64,000 nucleotides of DNA from Rhizaria sp. SCN 62-66 (lineage: Eukaryota), in contig MEDY01000022.1 in assembly GCA_001724265.1 (NCBI GenBank), positions 1 to 64,000 on the forward strand, written 5' to 3'. The notes beneath the pieces are model-generated. The model was not told the origin of the DNA, did not search any database, and saw only the letters and a list, made by a program, of their open reading frames with translations. Below, one piece after another: positions 37,214 to 50,165 of the stretch. A program made the position numbers and the translations under genes. The first letter of the stretch is position 1, and each line of letters begins with the position of its first letter.

Positions 37214-38334
37214 ATGGCCTCAAATCCTCGGGGGTCATTCGCAAACACTAATGATCGAGGAGGTCCCAATGCCTGGGGTTCCCAAAGGTTCGTTCCCTTG
37301 CCCTGCTAGCCCAAGCTCTCAGCGATCTCAACAATAACCAACTGAATTCACACGTCCTGTACCTTGCTCATATCTATGTCATTTTTTACTTCTGTTCCAG
37401 GCCCGTGCACAACAGTAACCTGAAGCCCCACAACCCTGCTTCCCCGACCGGCCTCGTGGCCATGCCGCCTGGCGCCTACCCCGTGCACGCCCACGCGCCC
37501 CCGCACGGCTCCCCGCACGGTCACCAGCCACCCCACGCGCACCCGTATCTGCACCACGGCGTCCCGCACGTCATGCGCTACCCGGGGGCCGGATACCTCC
37601 CCGCCTCGTCACTTTCACCCGCCGCGTTCCCCAACCAGCACCACCCGCAACAGCAGCAGCTCAACAGCAACAACCCTGCCGCCGCCGCCGCCGCCGCGGG
37701 CCTCGCCGCCGCAGCCATGTACGCGCCCCCTCCCGGCGGCCTCGCGTCGCGCCCCCCCGGCCCCGGCGGTCTGCCCGGCCCCGCTGGCCCTGCCGGCCTC
37801 GCCGCCGTGCCCGCCTCCAGCGCCAGCAGCGCGCTCGCCGGGGGCCCCGTTGCTGTGACCCCGACGCGCCCCACCGCGGGCGGTGCCGGCGGCGGCGGCG
37901 GGCCGCGCAAGCCTGCGGGGTACTTCAACGCGGCGACGCCCAACCGCGAGGAAATGGCCGCCGCGGCCGCGGGCGTGTCGCCCCAGGTCCCCGGCGGTGG
38001 CGGCAGCGCCAGCGTCGGAATGGGCTCTCTCCCAGGCTTCTCCCAGCAGCAGCAGCAGCAGACATTTGGTGACGGCTACGGCGCGGGCGCGGGTGCCGGC
38101 CAGCCGCAGCAGCAGCAAGGCCTGACAATCCCGTCGGCTGCATTCGCCTACTACGGCCAGCAACAGCAGCCGTCTCAGCAGCAACCTCAGCAGCAGCAGC
38201 AGGGCGCCAATGCCGGCGCTGGCGCTGGTGCAGGCCAACAGGGCTTTTACCCCGCCTACCAATACCAGTCTCTGCCTCAGCAGCAGCAACAGCAACAGAT
38301 GGCGTTTCTGATGCAACAGCAACAGCAACAACAA

Positions 38335-38376
<42 letters not shown>

Positions 38377-40518
38377 GGCGGCAATGTCAACGCCAACAGA
38401 GGGCTGTTCTCAGTCCCTCCCGCCGCCACCACCGGCGCTGCTACCGCGACTGCCGGCGCCGGCTCTGGCTCTGGCGCTGGCTCCGGCTCTGGCTCAAGTG
38501 GCAGCGGCAGCGGCAGCGGCAGCGGCAGCGGCAACAAGTTGGGCACCAAGCTATCGATCGCGGCGGCCTCCTTTGTGCCCCGCTCGGTCGCTGCCACCGC
38601 TGCGCCCGCGGTTGTCGCCAGCAACAACAGCGCGGGCACTCTGAACGCTGGCCTCGGCTACGGCGGCTACCAGCAGCAGCAGCACGGGTACGGGACTGCC
38701 CACGGTCACTCGCCCGCCCACGGTCACTTCCAGCTGGGCGCCATGCCGGCCTACTTCCAGGGCCCCGGCGCCGGCGGCGTCCCCGCCCCCGGCAGTCAGC
38801 CGCAGCCGGCCTCGGCTGCGGCTACAGGCGGCGGCGCCGGCGGCGTCGGTGTCGGCGTCGGCGGCCAGGGGGGCTCGGGCTCCTCCGCGGGCTCTGCAGT
38901 GGCCGCAGGCAGTGGTAACACCGCGGGTACAGGCGCGGGCGCTGGCGCGGGCGCGGGCGGCGCGGCGTCGCTGCTGGCTGACGTCGACTACTCGTCGGTC
39001 GGCGCCGGCATGCGCAACCTCTACGCCCACTCGCACGCCCACGGCCACGGTCACGGTGTGAGCGCCGTCTCTGTTGGCGGCCCCGCTCCCGGCGTCACCG
39101 CCTCCTCTGCCGCCGCCGCGGCCGGCGGCGCCGGCGCCCGTGCGGCCGCCGACTCGGCCGCCGCGGCGGCTACGGCGCTCGCGCTGAGCAGCCTCGCCGC
39201 GGGGGGCATCCCCTCGGAGGCCTTCGACGTGCCGGGGCTGCCCTCGCTTGACTCCAGCACTATCACTGGGACCACCACCACCAACAACAACAGCAGCGCC
39301 AGCAGCGGCAGCAGCGGCGGCGCGAGTAACACTGGCGGCGCGGGCGCTGCGGGCGCGGGCTCCGGGAGCTCCGGCGCGGGGGGCTCCGAGCTCTTCTTCG
39401 GCGGCGACTACAGCTCGATGCTCGCGAACCTGTCGCTGTCACAATTCACGCCCCCTTCGCTCACCGACAACAGCAACGCTAGCTCTGCCCACGCGACGGA
39501 GAGCACGACCAGTGCATTTGGCTCTCTCAACACCACGGCCGATGCCGCTGCTACCAGCCCGCTTGCGATGGATCTGCCCGAGCCGTTCACCGACAACTCG
39601 AGCGCCAGCGCCGCCAGTGCCGGCAGCGCCAGCAGTGCCACTGCCGACTCCGCTGCTCCGGCCGCGACCGCGAGTGTTGCCGCCACGGCGCCCTCGCCTG
39701 CTGGGACTGCCAGCGCTGACCGCTTCCCCAAGAGCGAGGCCGCCATCGCCGCCGCCAACGCCGCCGCCGCCGCGGCTGCCGCTGCTGCCGCGGGCGGTGT
39801 CCATAGTGCGGAGACGGGGGAGGACGGCCGCGGCTACTCGCTGCGCGCCGCGCAACCGCTGCGGCCCTTTGTGCCCACACACACGGCCGTGTCCGCCGTG
39901 CGGACGCCGCTGACGAGCGCGACCTTCTACCCCTCTGCGGGTGCGGTGGCCCCGGCGCCGGCGCAGCGCGCGCGCTACACGCTGACGCAGATGCTGCTGC
40001 TGCGGCACCAGCTGCTCTCGCGCCCGGGCGCGGCCGTCGCGGCGGCCCACCAGCCCGCGCGCACGGCGGTCCGGGCCTCGCTGCCGGACCTGCTGCAGGC
40101 CGCGGTGCCCGAGGCGCTGACGCCCGCCTCGGCCGCGCACGCGCGCCGCGCCGCCGCCGTTGCCGCGCTCGAGGCCGAGTGGCAGGCGCAGGTCCAAGCT
40201 GAGCTGGCCAAGCACGGCGGTGTGCTCCCCACAGGCCACCCCTTCCTGGCGGCCTCCGCGCTCGCGGCGGACGACGCGAGCAGCGCCGAGGCCGCTGCGG
40301 GCGCGGGCGTGGACGGGGGTGTGACACTGGGCATCATGGGCCGCGCCAGCGCTAACGCAGACGCGTCCAGCTCCAGCTCCAGCTCCAGCTCGAGCTCTGC
40401 GACGACGACTGCGGCGTCGACCGCGTCAGCAAGTCCCACGGCCGCCAGTGCCGGAGCCGGGGCCGGCGGCGACACGTTGCCCCCGCAGCGGAGCATGTTC
40501 GGCACCGCGCTCCAACAG

Positions 40519-40573
<55 letters not shown>

Positions 40574-43560
40574 CAGAAGCTAGCTCGAGTGCGAGTGCGG
40601 GTGCGAACGGCAACACTGACCGGACGCTGTCGCGCGAGACCATGGGTTCTGCTGTCACGGCCGCCGCCGCCGCTGCCTCTGCGGCGACGCCGACCGAGAT
40701 CGAGGTCGCGTCGCTGCTGTCCATCTCCCCCTCGCACTCCGACGCCAGCTTAAACTCCGGCTCTGGCTCTGCGACCACGACCGCGACCGTGTCGTTCGCC
40801 CCTACGCCCTCCCCTGTCTCGGCCGGCGCCGCGCTCCGCCCCTCGGGCTCCGCGGGCCCCACGAGTTCCGGCGCTGGCGGCGCTGGCGCAGTCACGGGTA
40901 CGGTGGGGTGGACGCCGCTGTCGCGCCGGTCCACCTCCAGCTCGGGCCACAACCCGGTCGCGAGCACCGGGCTCGGCTCGGCCTCCTCCTCCGCCGCCGG
41001 CTCCTTCCACAGCAACAACAGCTCCGCCCCCGGCGGCAGCGGCGCGCTGGCGGCCGTGGCGGGTGCGCCCGCGGCGGTGTCGGCGCTCGAGGCGCTGCAG
41101 AGCCGCGTGGTTGCGCGCGTGATGGGCTCGCTGAACCGCCTCACGGTCGAGCGGTTCGCGTCGGTGTCAGACAAGCTGACGTCGTTCCTGCTCGACAGCA
41201 CGGGCGCGACACCCGAGACGGTCGAGGTCGTGATCCGCCAGGCCGCCACGCTCACCGTCGAGAAGGCCTTCAGCGAGCCCAAGTACGCGTCCATGTACGC
41301 CCAACTGCTCCGCAAGCTCTGGCTCGCAATTCCCGCGGTCGCGTACATCCCTACCGCCGCCGCCCCCGCGAAGCCGAGCGCCGGCCATCGTGGCCGCGGC
41401 GACTCTGCGCCGGCGACGACGACGACTGTGCCGACGGTCATCCTGCCCGAGGACAAAGCGGCCGTGCTGGGCCGCGCCTCCTGCGCCGTGCCCACCTCCG
41501 CCGCTGGCAGCGGTGGCAGCGGCACGGTCAGCGCACTCGCGTCGCCCTCCGCAGCCGCCGCCGCTGCGGGCACTGCAACCGCGACCGCGACTGTGTCCGC
41601 GGCGGCGGCGTCCCCCGCCGTCGTCGCTGCCTCTGCCGCGGCCGCCGCCGCCGCGACAGTGGCAGCGACCGCCGCCGCCGCCGCGGCTGCAGGCACCGGC
41701 ACCGTGGCCGTGGCGCCGCCGCGCCCGCGGTACATCGACGTCCGCTTGGTGGCGCTGCAAGTGTGCCAGGACGAGCTGCGCGCGCTCTCGGCCCGCGACC
41801 AGTCGGCCGCGATCGCGGAGCTCACGGCGCAGCTCATGGCCACGGGCGAGTTCCCCGAGCGCGAGCTGGCCGTCGCCGCGGCCGTGCAGCGCCGCCGCCA
41901 GCGCCGCGCGGGCAACCTGCGGCTCATCGGCGCGCTCTACCTGGAGGGCATCCTGCGCGACAACGCCGTGGTGGACTGTCTGGCCACACTCGGCGCGGTC
42001 TGTCCCGACGCGGCCGCAAGCCACCTGCAGTCGCCGCTGACGGGCGATAACATCGGATCCATCTGCTCCTTGCTGACCACCGTCGGCAGCCAGCTCGCGA
42101 GCCGCAAGCGTGACACGGTCGAGCACATCTTCGACCGGCTTAAGTTCGCCACGCTGGGCACGCCGTTGCCGCGCGGCGTCGCGGCGCCTATCACCACGGG
42201 GCTCACCGTCGACCCGCGCCTGCGCTTCGCCGTCGAGGACCTCATCGCGCTGCGCAAGAACGCTTGGCAGCCCACGCGCGCTGTCGCCGATGCGCCGTAC
42301 TCGCGGTCCGAGCGCGAGGCCGTGGCCCGACACGACGCGCCCGTCTCGCAGCGCCTCGGGCTCAACCTCAGCACGCCCCTCACCTCGCCCGGGGCTGGCG
42401 CGGGCGCGGCAGGCACCGTCGACCGATACGCGCGCCTCGCCTCGCTGTCCTCCCCCGCCGCCGCCTCCGCCGCCTCTAACGCGATTGCTGGTGCCGACAG
42501 CGCTGCGCCCGCGACTACGAGCGCCGGTGTGAGCTCGGGAGCGTTCATGACGCCTCCCCGCGCCGCGCGCCCCAGCGCCGCCAGCGCCGCCGCCGCCGAA
42601 GCCGCCGCCGCCGCTGATAACACCGCTGCTGCTGCTGCGGCGGCGGCGAGCGGCGCGCTGTCTGCCGAGGAGATCGACACGCTGCTATCGTCAGCGATGC
42701 TGGAGTTCTCGAAGACGCACGACATCACCTCCGTGCGCGTGCACGTGCTGCGCATCCTCTCCCGCGTTGGCGCGCCGCTGCTAGAGGTCTTCCTCCAGTC
42801 CAACCCTGCCACCGGTGACGACGCCAGCTCGGGGGCTGCGGCTGCGGTGCGGCTGGTGCCGCTGCCGGCCCGCCTGGCGACCGCGCTGGTGCGCGCCTCG
42901 GTGCGCGACATCTGCGTGACCAACGGCACCGGCAAGGCGGCCTCGCCCGTGCTGGCCTCGCTGCTGCCACGGCTGCTGCACGCTCCGCCGCTGTCGGCCG
43001 CCGCCGTGGCCGCGGCGCGCGCGCTGGCCGCGGATCCCGCCGCCGCGGCCGCCGTGGCCGCGGGCACGGCGCCTTACAGCATGATGGAGACGGTGGCCGC
43101 GCTCTGGACGATCCCGCGCAGCTCCGTCGTGACGGGGCTGTGCGAGGTGGCCGTCGACAGCGACCTGCTCTTCGACGCGCCGCGGCTGCCGCAGCTGCTG
43201 GGCTCGTTGCTCGCGGCCTGGGCGCTGCCCACCGCCCTCGACGCGTTCGGCAGCACCGCCGGCGGCAACGCGCTGCCGCCTGTGCTGGGGCTGCGGGACG
43301 TCAACACTGTACTCAAGGCTGCCGCCGAGGCCGCGGGCCACGTCCCCGCGACGGCGACGCGCCCGCTCGCGACGGGGCTGCACACGGCGCACGCTCTCGC
43401 CGCGGCTGGGCCCGGAGCCATGCGCGCGTTTGCCGGCGCCGCGCCGCGCAGGGTCGTCATCCCCGCTCTGCTGATGGTGCCGCTCGAGACCGTGGGCGAG
43501 CAGGCCTGGGTCAGGGAGGGGCTGCCCGATGCGGAAGTCTGGCCGCCTGCGCTCCAGTGA
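37214..43560 (+). CDS. EIF4G: Eukaryotic translation initiation factor 4G-like protein. Exons 37214-37287 and 37401-43560, ~2077 aa
   Basis: PAM2-like KLSIAAASFVP (38548-38580); eIF4E-binding YxxxxLphi motif YTLTQMLL (39976-39999); MIF4G domain (GSLNRLTVERF...EKAFSEPKYASMYAQL...GNLRLIGALY...SLLTTVG...RLRFAVEDLIALRKNAW); MA3-like C-terminus (DLLFDAPRLPQLLG). Exon 1 (MASNPRG...WGSQR) is inferred from splice phase. TGA stop. Confidence 0.85.
37288..37400 (+). other. Spliceosomal intron (113 nt)
   Basis: AG|GTTCGT...TTCTGTTCCAG|G; phase 2 links an ATG-initiated exon to the long ORF. Confidence 0.75.
38314..38373 (+). repeat. CAA/CAG repeat encoding Gln20; a second poly-Q tract lies at ~40513-40572
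   Basis: Read directly from the sequence. Confidence 0.9.
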
Positions 43561-46231
43561 GCAGTGAGTGCGATACGAAACGCCACACTGAACATTGAGG
43601 GCGTCGCAGTGTGTGCAATCCACAGTGTGCAGTCTTGCGGTGTGGTTGCGTGTGGTTGGGTGCCATCGATCTGTCTATGATCGATGAAGTATATACTATG
43701 TAAGGTGTATCGTGCTTGACAGTTTGTTCACTCGTAGTTTGAGTGTAAGTTCTAACTTAAAAAGGCGAGAAACTTTCGGCAAGGCTCTTTTTATTAGAGG
43801 TTTACGTAGTATTACGTTGCGCAACTCCCTGTTTTTTAAAGTTCATTGTGGTTCTGATATGCTCGTTCGCAGTTTTCCTATTTTTAGTGTTTGTGTGTAA
43901 TGCATGTAAGGTTTGTCAAGGGTATCTTGTGTATTATTATGTTTGGTAGTCGTATTCTTCAGTCTTGTATTAATATATTATTCATTCATAGAACATGTTG
44001 TGATGAAATACACAATTCAAACACGCTATTCAGATCCACGCTTGAGCATAAGTGATGATAATTGTGTATGATATCGCGATTGGGAGACAAAAAAAGAAGT
44101 TCACCAAGGCGCAAGCGCGCACGAACACGTCGACAGCGACGATACGGCGGCAGCAAGATGCGCGTGGGGGGTATTATAATAGTTGTTGTGGGATTAACAG
44201 CAAAAAGAGGGGTATGGACAGTGACAGAGGGCAACAGGGAAATGAGAACTAAAGAGTGATGGCAAATTCGAAAATGATCGACACATAAACGAAATTGACG
44301 AAAACAAATCAAATCTGACATAATCGTGTCAAAGAAATGAGCGTGTCTTTTGGGTGAGTATACGAGGGTGAGAAAGACACACGGTGAGTTAACCATGGTG
44401 AGAGGAGATGTAAGGGAGAGGACTATAGGGGGAAACGAATAAAGAGAGAAAGAGAGAGAGATGGAGAGATGGAGACTGTGTAGAGGCGCGCAAGGGAGAT
44501 GGGTGACTCGAGACCTAGTGCGAAGATAATCGAATACGCGGAGATTGCTCGGGAGACCGCCGCGGTCGAGATGGCAACACAGCAGTGGAAGAGAGAACAT
44601 AGCACGCGCGCGCAGAAAGAGATAACGAGAGCAAGAGGGAGAGAGAGAGAGAGAGCGTGATGAACAAAAAGCTCGTCACAGGCATGCGATGCAGTGCATG
44701 AGAGCGATATGTTGATTTTTGTTCTGGGCACCAGTTGCGACGTCGCAAGACATCTAGAGAGAGGGGTTTTGAGACGCGCGCGCGAACGGAGGTTATAATT
44801 GTTGTAATTGCTGAGTATTTAAGCGAAATCACAAAGGATAACAATCTAGAGTAAGAAGTGGGAGTGTGCGTGACGGTGAGCGCGAGTGCAGAGGCGGTCA
44901 TGTGGGTTTAGAGAGACAATATCACCTAATTGCAGTCACTGTGACGAGAGTGACAATGAGCGACGATGATGCTAACATTAATGTGATACGTAGACGGATA
45001 CACGCGCGTACACTCATGACGAGTATGAAACGGTTGTCGAGCCGCTACTTTGTTAACAAAACGAAAACGAGGACAGAACATGTGGTGAGTAAAAAACACA
45101 AAAGTAGGCGTTAAAAGATAGCAAAAAAAGACGGTCAAATAAGCCGCCGATAAAAAGTATATGAATGCGATGATTACACATATGATCAGTGTTATCGTGA
45201 AGAAAGGCAACGAGAGGCACCATCGGACGACGTGACTGTAAGAGCGAGAGTGGTCGCCGCGTCACGGCCGAAGCGTGGGTTTCGTCGCCGGGAGAGGGGG
45301 AGAGGGCACTACAAGTGTTGTAATTGAGATATACGTAGGAACTGCAGCTGAGTGCGTGTTATCATGAGTGCGTGTGACTCTGGGCATGGTGGTTATGCGT
45401 GCGAATTGACTGGGTGCAAGATCGTGATGGATGAGTTGTCATTCTTGTGGTAACGAATGAACTAACAACGGAGAAGTATTAAACAACTTAAAAAACAAAT
45501 AACGACGATGTGGGGGCGCGCAAGCAGCTGATATAGCGGCAATATTTTTGTTTTGAAGACTAAGAAAATAAATAAAACTACAACGGAACTACAACGGAAA
45601 TGAACTATTATTACAAAAATAAAGCACTGAATGATCTCCCTGAAACACATGTGTGCGAACAACGTCTGGTGGCTGGGGCAGTAGTGAATAACAGAGAGCT
45701 GCTGGTTGGATCTACACAGTAAGTCCCGTGGAAAAAACAACAACAATCAAGCTGGCTGCATTCATTATGTTGTACCATCAGGACCTGAGACAACATGTTT
45801 GTTTAGGGTTTCGAGAAAGGATAAAAAAGGAAAAATACAAAGATACAAATAGAAAAATACGAGTATACAAAAACAACACACTGGGTTACAATATTACGCA
45901 AGGTTGCCTGCGACGGCGAGGCAAGCTGCTGCAATGGCGCACACGGTTGATGATGCGCACATTGACACACGTTCACTTTACAGTCAGAATCACACTGAAA
46001 AACGCAAAAATAAGAAATGAAGGAGGACACAAACATGTCAAGAACAGAGAAATTCACACAAAAAAATGCGTTCGTGAATTTCAGTGTCACACCTTTTACA
46101 CGCAACAATGCGCACATGTGGCGATTCGTGACCTTGTCATGCTGGTGTTGCCGGGTGCAATTTGAGACATAACGACTGACATGTCTTTGCACACAGCGGC
46201 AGAGCGGGTGTCGTTGAACAGCAGTAAGCGC

Positions 46232-47086
46232 TTACTGATCGAACTGGTCCTGCGAGTAGTCTTGCTCCGCCGCCACGTCGGCCGTGGTGGCAGTGGCGGA
46301 CGCCGATGCAGAGGCCGGGGCCGACGCCGCGGCGGTCACGGGGTCTGAGTCGGTGTCGTAGACGAAGGTGTCGTCCTCGGCATTGTCGTCGGCGCCGCTG
46401 CTCGCGGGGCGCTGCAGGGGCACCGCGCTGCGCGCGGCGGGTGCAGAAGCGGTGTCGCGGTCGGTTGGGGAGGCGCGGACGAGTGCGGAGAAAGCAATAA
46501 ATGATATAGAGGAAGGTGGATGAGCGGTCGGAGATTAGGGTTTTGCGAAGAGTGACAGACATATCAAAATCAGATCACCGGTTTAAGGCCATGAATAGAT
46601 GAGATGCATAAACACAAATTAGCGCGTGGTAACGTACGCATCAGCGTCCTGGGCGCGCCGCACCTCGATCTGGGCGACCTGACCACCGACGAAGCCGACG
46701 TCAACGAGGGAGAGCACATCATCGAGGACCTTGCCACTCGAGGCGACGTCAATCACAGACTGGTTAAAAAGCATCACGCGGTCCAGGTAGGCCTTAAGGT
46801 AGGAGACGGGGAGGTCAAGGCGGAACTCCTCGGTCGCGATGTGTTCGGTGTTGTCGGGGAGGGTAAAGACGACCTGCGGCGCGGCGAGCAACAAGAAACG
46901 AGCGAAATGGGAAAAAGAAAGGCGATAGAAAGTGAGTTCAACAATGTCTTTAGGAGCAATGGGAACGATATCCTGCAGAGAGATGGATATAACTCGTGTT
47001 AGACATACCTTTAGAGAACCTTGGTTGACGGGGGCGTGAGACTTGCGGGTTTCGTCGGAGATGTTGGCCAAGTTGAGCTTGAACAT
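46232..47086 (-). CDS. Small protein with a probable ubiquitin-like (beta-grasp) domain and acidic tail. Exons 47086-47009, 46873-46638, 46427-46232 (~169 aa; 3' end uncertain)
   Basis: GC-rich exons joined in frame by GT-AG introns: MFKLNLAN...GSLK|VVFTLPD...EEFRLDLPVSYLKAYL...SSGKVLDDVLSLVDVG...IEV. The V-x-x-LK...GK-x-L-x-D-x-x-SL-x-D pattern is ubiquitin-like. The TAA overlaps a possible GTAAGC donor. Confidence 0.65.
46428..46637 (-). other. Spliceosomal intron (210 nt)
   Basis: GC|GTACGT...GCGCAG|C; phase 2 is consistent with the downstream acidic exon. Confidence 0.7.
46874..47008 (-). other. Spliceosomal intron (135 nt, in-frame and stop-free)
   Basis: AAG|GTATGT...CCGCAG|GTC; AT-rich. 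Confidence 0.75.
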
Positions 47087-47624
47087 TGGTACGTCTGTTT
47101 GGGGGCATTGGGAGGAGAAATACAGCGTATAAGATGATCGAGTGAGAAGTTGCGTATATGATCCGATATGTCCCCGTGCGCGGTATGTACCACACGCAAT
47201 TGAGTTGTTAAAAAAGTGGGCGCTGACGGCGTGAAGGTGGCTTTCAGAGAGGTGAGCAACATGTTGGTGCCTGCTTGAGCGATGCCCTTCCAGGAGAATT
47301 TGATGAAGGCCAAACACAACAGCTTCGAAATTTCTATCAAAACGTGACATGAGTCCACACGGTTTCCGCGCTAACGTTATACTGAATTGCGCTTTCACCG
47401 ACCACACGACGAGAACAAAACATGTTATGCAAAATTGGATTCGCCCCATGCTCACCCAACCAAGACTTCCGCAATCAGCAGGTTCGCGAAAACGCGGCGA
47501 GCTAAGAGGAGAGAGCAGAGACGTCAGAGCTGGGGTGTGGTGCGTTGCGCACTCGAGAGCTTTTGACCAACCTTTTGAACGTCAGTTCCAAATTTTCCAA
47601 GCTTATTAGGTGTATCACGTAACA

Positions 47625-50165
47625 ATGCAACCGACTCGCAAAGAGCGCAAGGATGGCGCGCGCAATGAGCTGCGCTCATATACCCAGCGCGCCGTCAACA
47701 AGATGCCTCTGCGCTCCGACTCTGAGCGCCTGCCGAACCTGGCCGAGAACAGTGACTCCGAAGACGAAGTCGTGAACAACCGCATCGGCAACGTTCCGCT
47801 TTCGTGGTACGACGACGAGGAGCACATTGGTTACGACATCTATGGCAAGCCCATTGGCAAGAAGGACCACGGTGACTCGATTGACGCCTTCATCGCCCGC
47901 ACAGACGACCCCAACGCATTGTACGTCTCTTACTATATATGCTTAGCGCATCATTTATCCATCACGTTTATTTGATACGTTATTTTATCTTGATTCTATT
48001 TACATTCTTTTTATTTTTTAACACTCTTTATCCACTCTGTTCTAACCATTTCCATTCCCTCTACTTTCTTGGCTGTGCTTCCTATTCTCCTTTGCCCTCT
48101 TCGCGACCCCGTACCCCACAGCCGCACTGTCTACGATGCACTCAACGACGAGAAGATTGTCCTCACCGACGAGGAGCTCTCGATCATTAACCGCATCCGC
48201 AAGGGTAAGTTCCCGCACCGCAACTTCGACCCGTACACCGACTACTCAGCCCCCATCGAGGTCGAGGTGGCGCAGCTGCACAACCCCATCGAGCCCAAGC
48301 GCCGCTGGCAGCCCTCGCGCTGGGAGGCCAAGAAGATCATCAAGATGGTCCACTCTCTGCGCAACGGCTGGATGCGCGACCCCACCCTCCCGCCCGAGGA
48401 GGAGAAGTCGTTCATCGACGACGTCTTCGACATGTGGGGCGACGACGATGACGCCAACGTCAACGACAAGCACAACCGCTTCCTCGCGCCGCCGCGCCGC
48501 CCGCCGCCCGGGCACGTCGAGTCGTTCAACCCGCCGCCGGAGTATCTGCTGACAGAGGCGGAGAAGGAGGAGGAAGAGAGCAAGGACCCGCACCTGCGCC
48601 GCTTCCCCTTCACGCCCGCCGTCTACGGCTCGCTCCGCGCCGTCCCGGCCTACGACAAGCTCATGCGCGAGCGCTTCGAGCGCTGCCTCGACCTCTACCT
48701 ATGCGTGCGCGAGAAGCGCGAGAAGAAGGCGTTTTTCGACACAGAGCAGCTTATCCCGCAGCTGCCCAAGCCCAAGGACCTGCGCCCATTCCCCACTGCG
48801 CTTTCCTTAGAGTACATCGGCCACACCGGTGCCGTGCGGTGCATCGACGTCTCGCCGTGCGGCCAGTGGCTCTGCTCGGGCTCCGAGGACGGCACGGTGC
48901 GCGTCTGGGAGGTGACCACGGCCCGCTGCGCGCGCGTCTGGGACATGAAGGAGCGCGTCGTCTCCGTCGCCTGGAACCCTAACCCGTCGCTGCCTCTCGT
49001 TGCGGCCGCGCTGTCGTCTGGTGTCGCGGTGCTGCACACGGGCACGGGCTCCGTCGAGCAGGGCGCCAACGCTGAGCACCTGCTCCGCGCGGCGCCCGTG
49101 CTGTTCAAGCGCGGCTCGTCGCTGGCGCAGTCGGCCGCGTCGGCCACTGAGAAGGGTGGCCGTGCGGCCGTGTCCCGCGCGGAGAAGATGGCCAAGCTCG
49201 TCAACTGGGTGTCGTGGTGGCGCCGCAACGACTCGGACTTCGAGGAGGACTTCGCACCGCAGGAGGACGGGCTCGACGCCGCGGGCGTCGACGTCGAGGA
49301 GAAGCGCCGCGAGGCCCTCGCCGTCGCCTCGCTGGCCAAGCGCGCCGAGCAGGGCCTGGCGATCAACGCGACTGTCAAGGACGTCAAGGCGCTGGCCGAC
49401 AAGCTCAAGCTGGCGGCCGAGGGCGACGCCGCTGAGGCCAACGGCGAGGACTTCCTGCTCTCGCTCGAGGATGCTGACGAGTGGGACGCCACCCAGGGGC
49501 TCGCGCGGCTGTTCATCCGCATCAAGGCGGGTGTGTCGTGTGTGGCATGGCACGGCAAGGGCGACTACCTCGCCACCGTGTCTCCCGTCGCGACCTCGAC
49601 CGCCGTCGTCGTGCACCGGCTCTCGGCGGCCGCGTCGCAGCTGCCCTTCAGCAAGAACAAGGGCATGGTCCAACAGGTGTTGTTCCACCCCACGCAGCCC
49701 ATGTTCCTGGTCGCCGCGCAGCGCCACATCCGGACCTACTCGCTGCTGTCGCAGAAGTCGGCCAAGACGTTCCGCTGCCCCACCAAGTGGATCTCCAGCT
49801 TCGCGGTCCACCCGCGCGGCGAGCACCTCCTCATCGGCGGCTACGACCGCAAGGTGAGCTGGTACGACATGGAGCAGGCGGCGCAGCCCTACAAGACGCT
49901 GCGCTACCACCGTCGCGGCGTGCGCGCCGTTGCCTTCCACAAGCGATACCCGCTCTTCGTGACGGGGTCTGACGACGGCTGTCTGCACGTCATGCACGGC
50001 ACCGTTTTCGACGACTTGGTGACTGACCCGCTGCTGGTGCCCGTCAAGATCATCAACGCGCACTTTCCCGTCGACGACCTGGGCGTGCTCAGTGCCGTCT
50101 TCCACCCTACGCAGCCCTGGGTGTTCTCCGCCGCCGCCGACAAGACCATCCGCCTTTTCTCTTAA
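47625..50165 (+). CDS. BOP1: Ribosome biogenesis protein BOP1/Erb1 (BOP1NT + WD40). Exons 47625-47920 and 48122-50165, ~779 aa
   Basis: SDSEDE..NRIGNVPLSWYDDEEHIGYDIYGKPI, PEPKRR-like PIEPKRRWQPSRWE, PGHVESFNPPPEYL, SLRAVPAY, ERFERCLDLYL, LPKPKDLRPFP, WD40 repeats, FHPTQPWVFSAAADKTIRLF. TAA stop. Confidence 0.95.
47921..48121 (+). other. Spliceosomal intron (201 nt)
   Basis: TT|GTACGT...CACAG|C; gives DPNAFRTVYD, collinear with the BOP1 family. Confidence 0.9.

Noticed and set aside
43986-46192. Several 60-200 aa ORFs in the long spacer
   Set aside because: AT-rich, microsatellite-driven composition unlike the real exons; no motifs.
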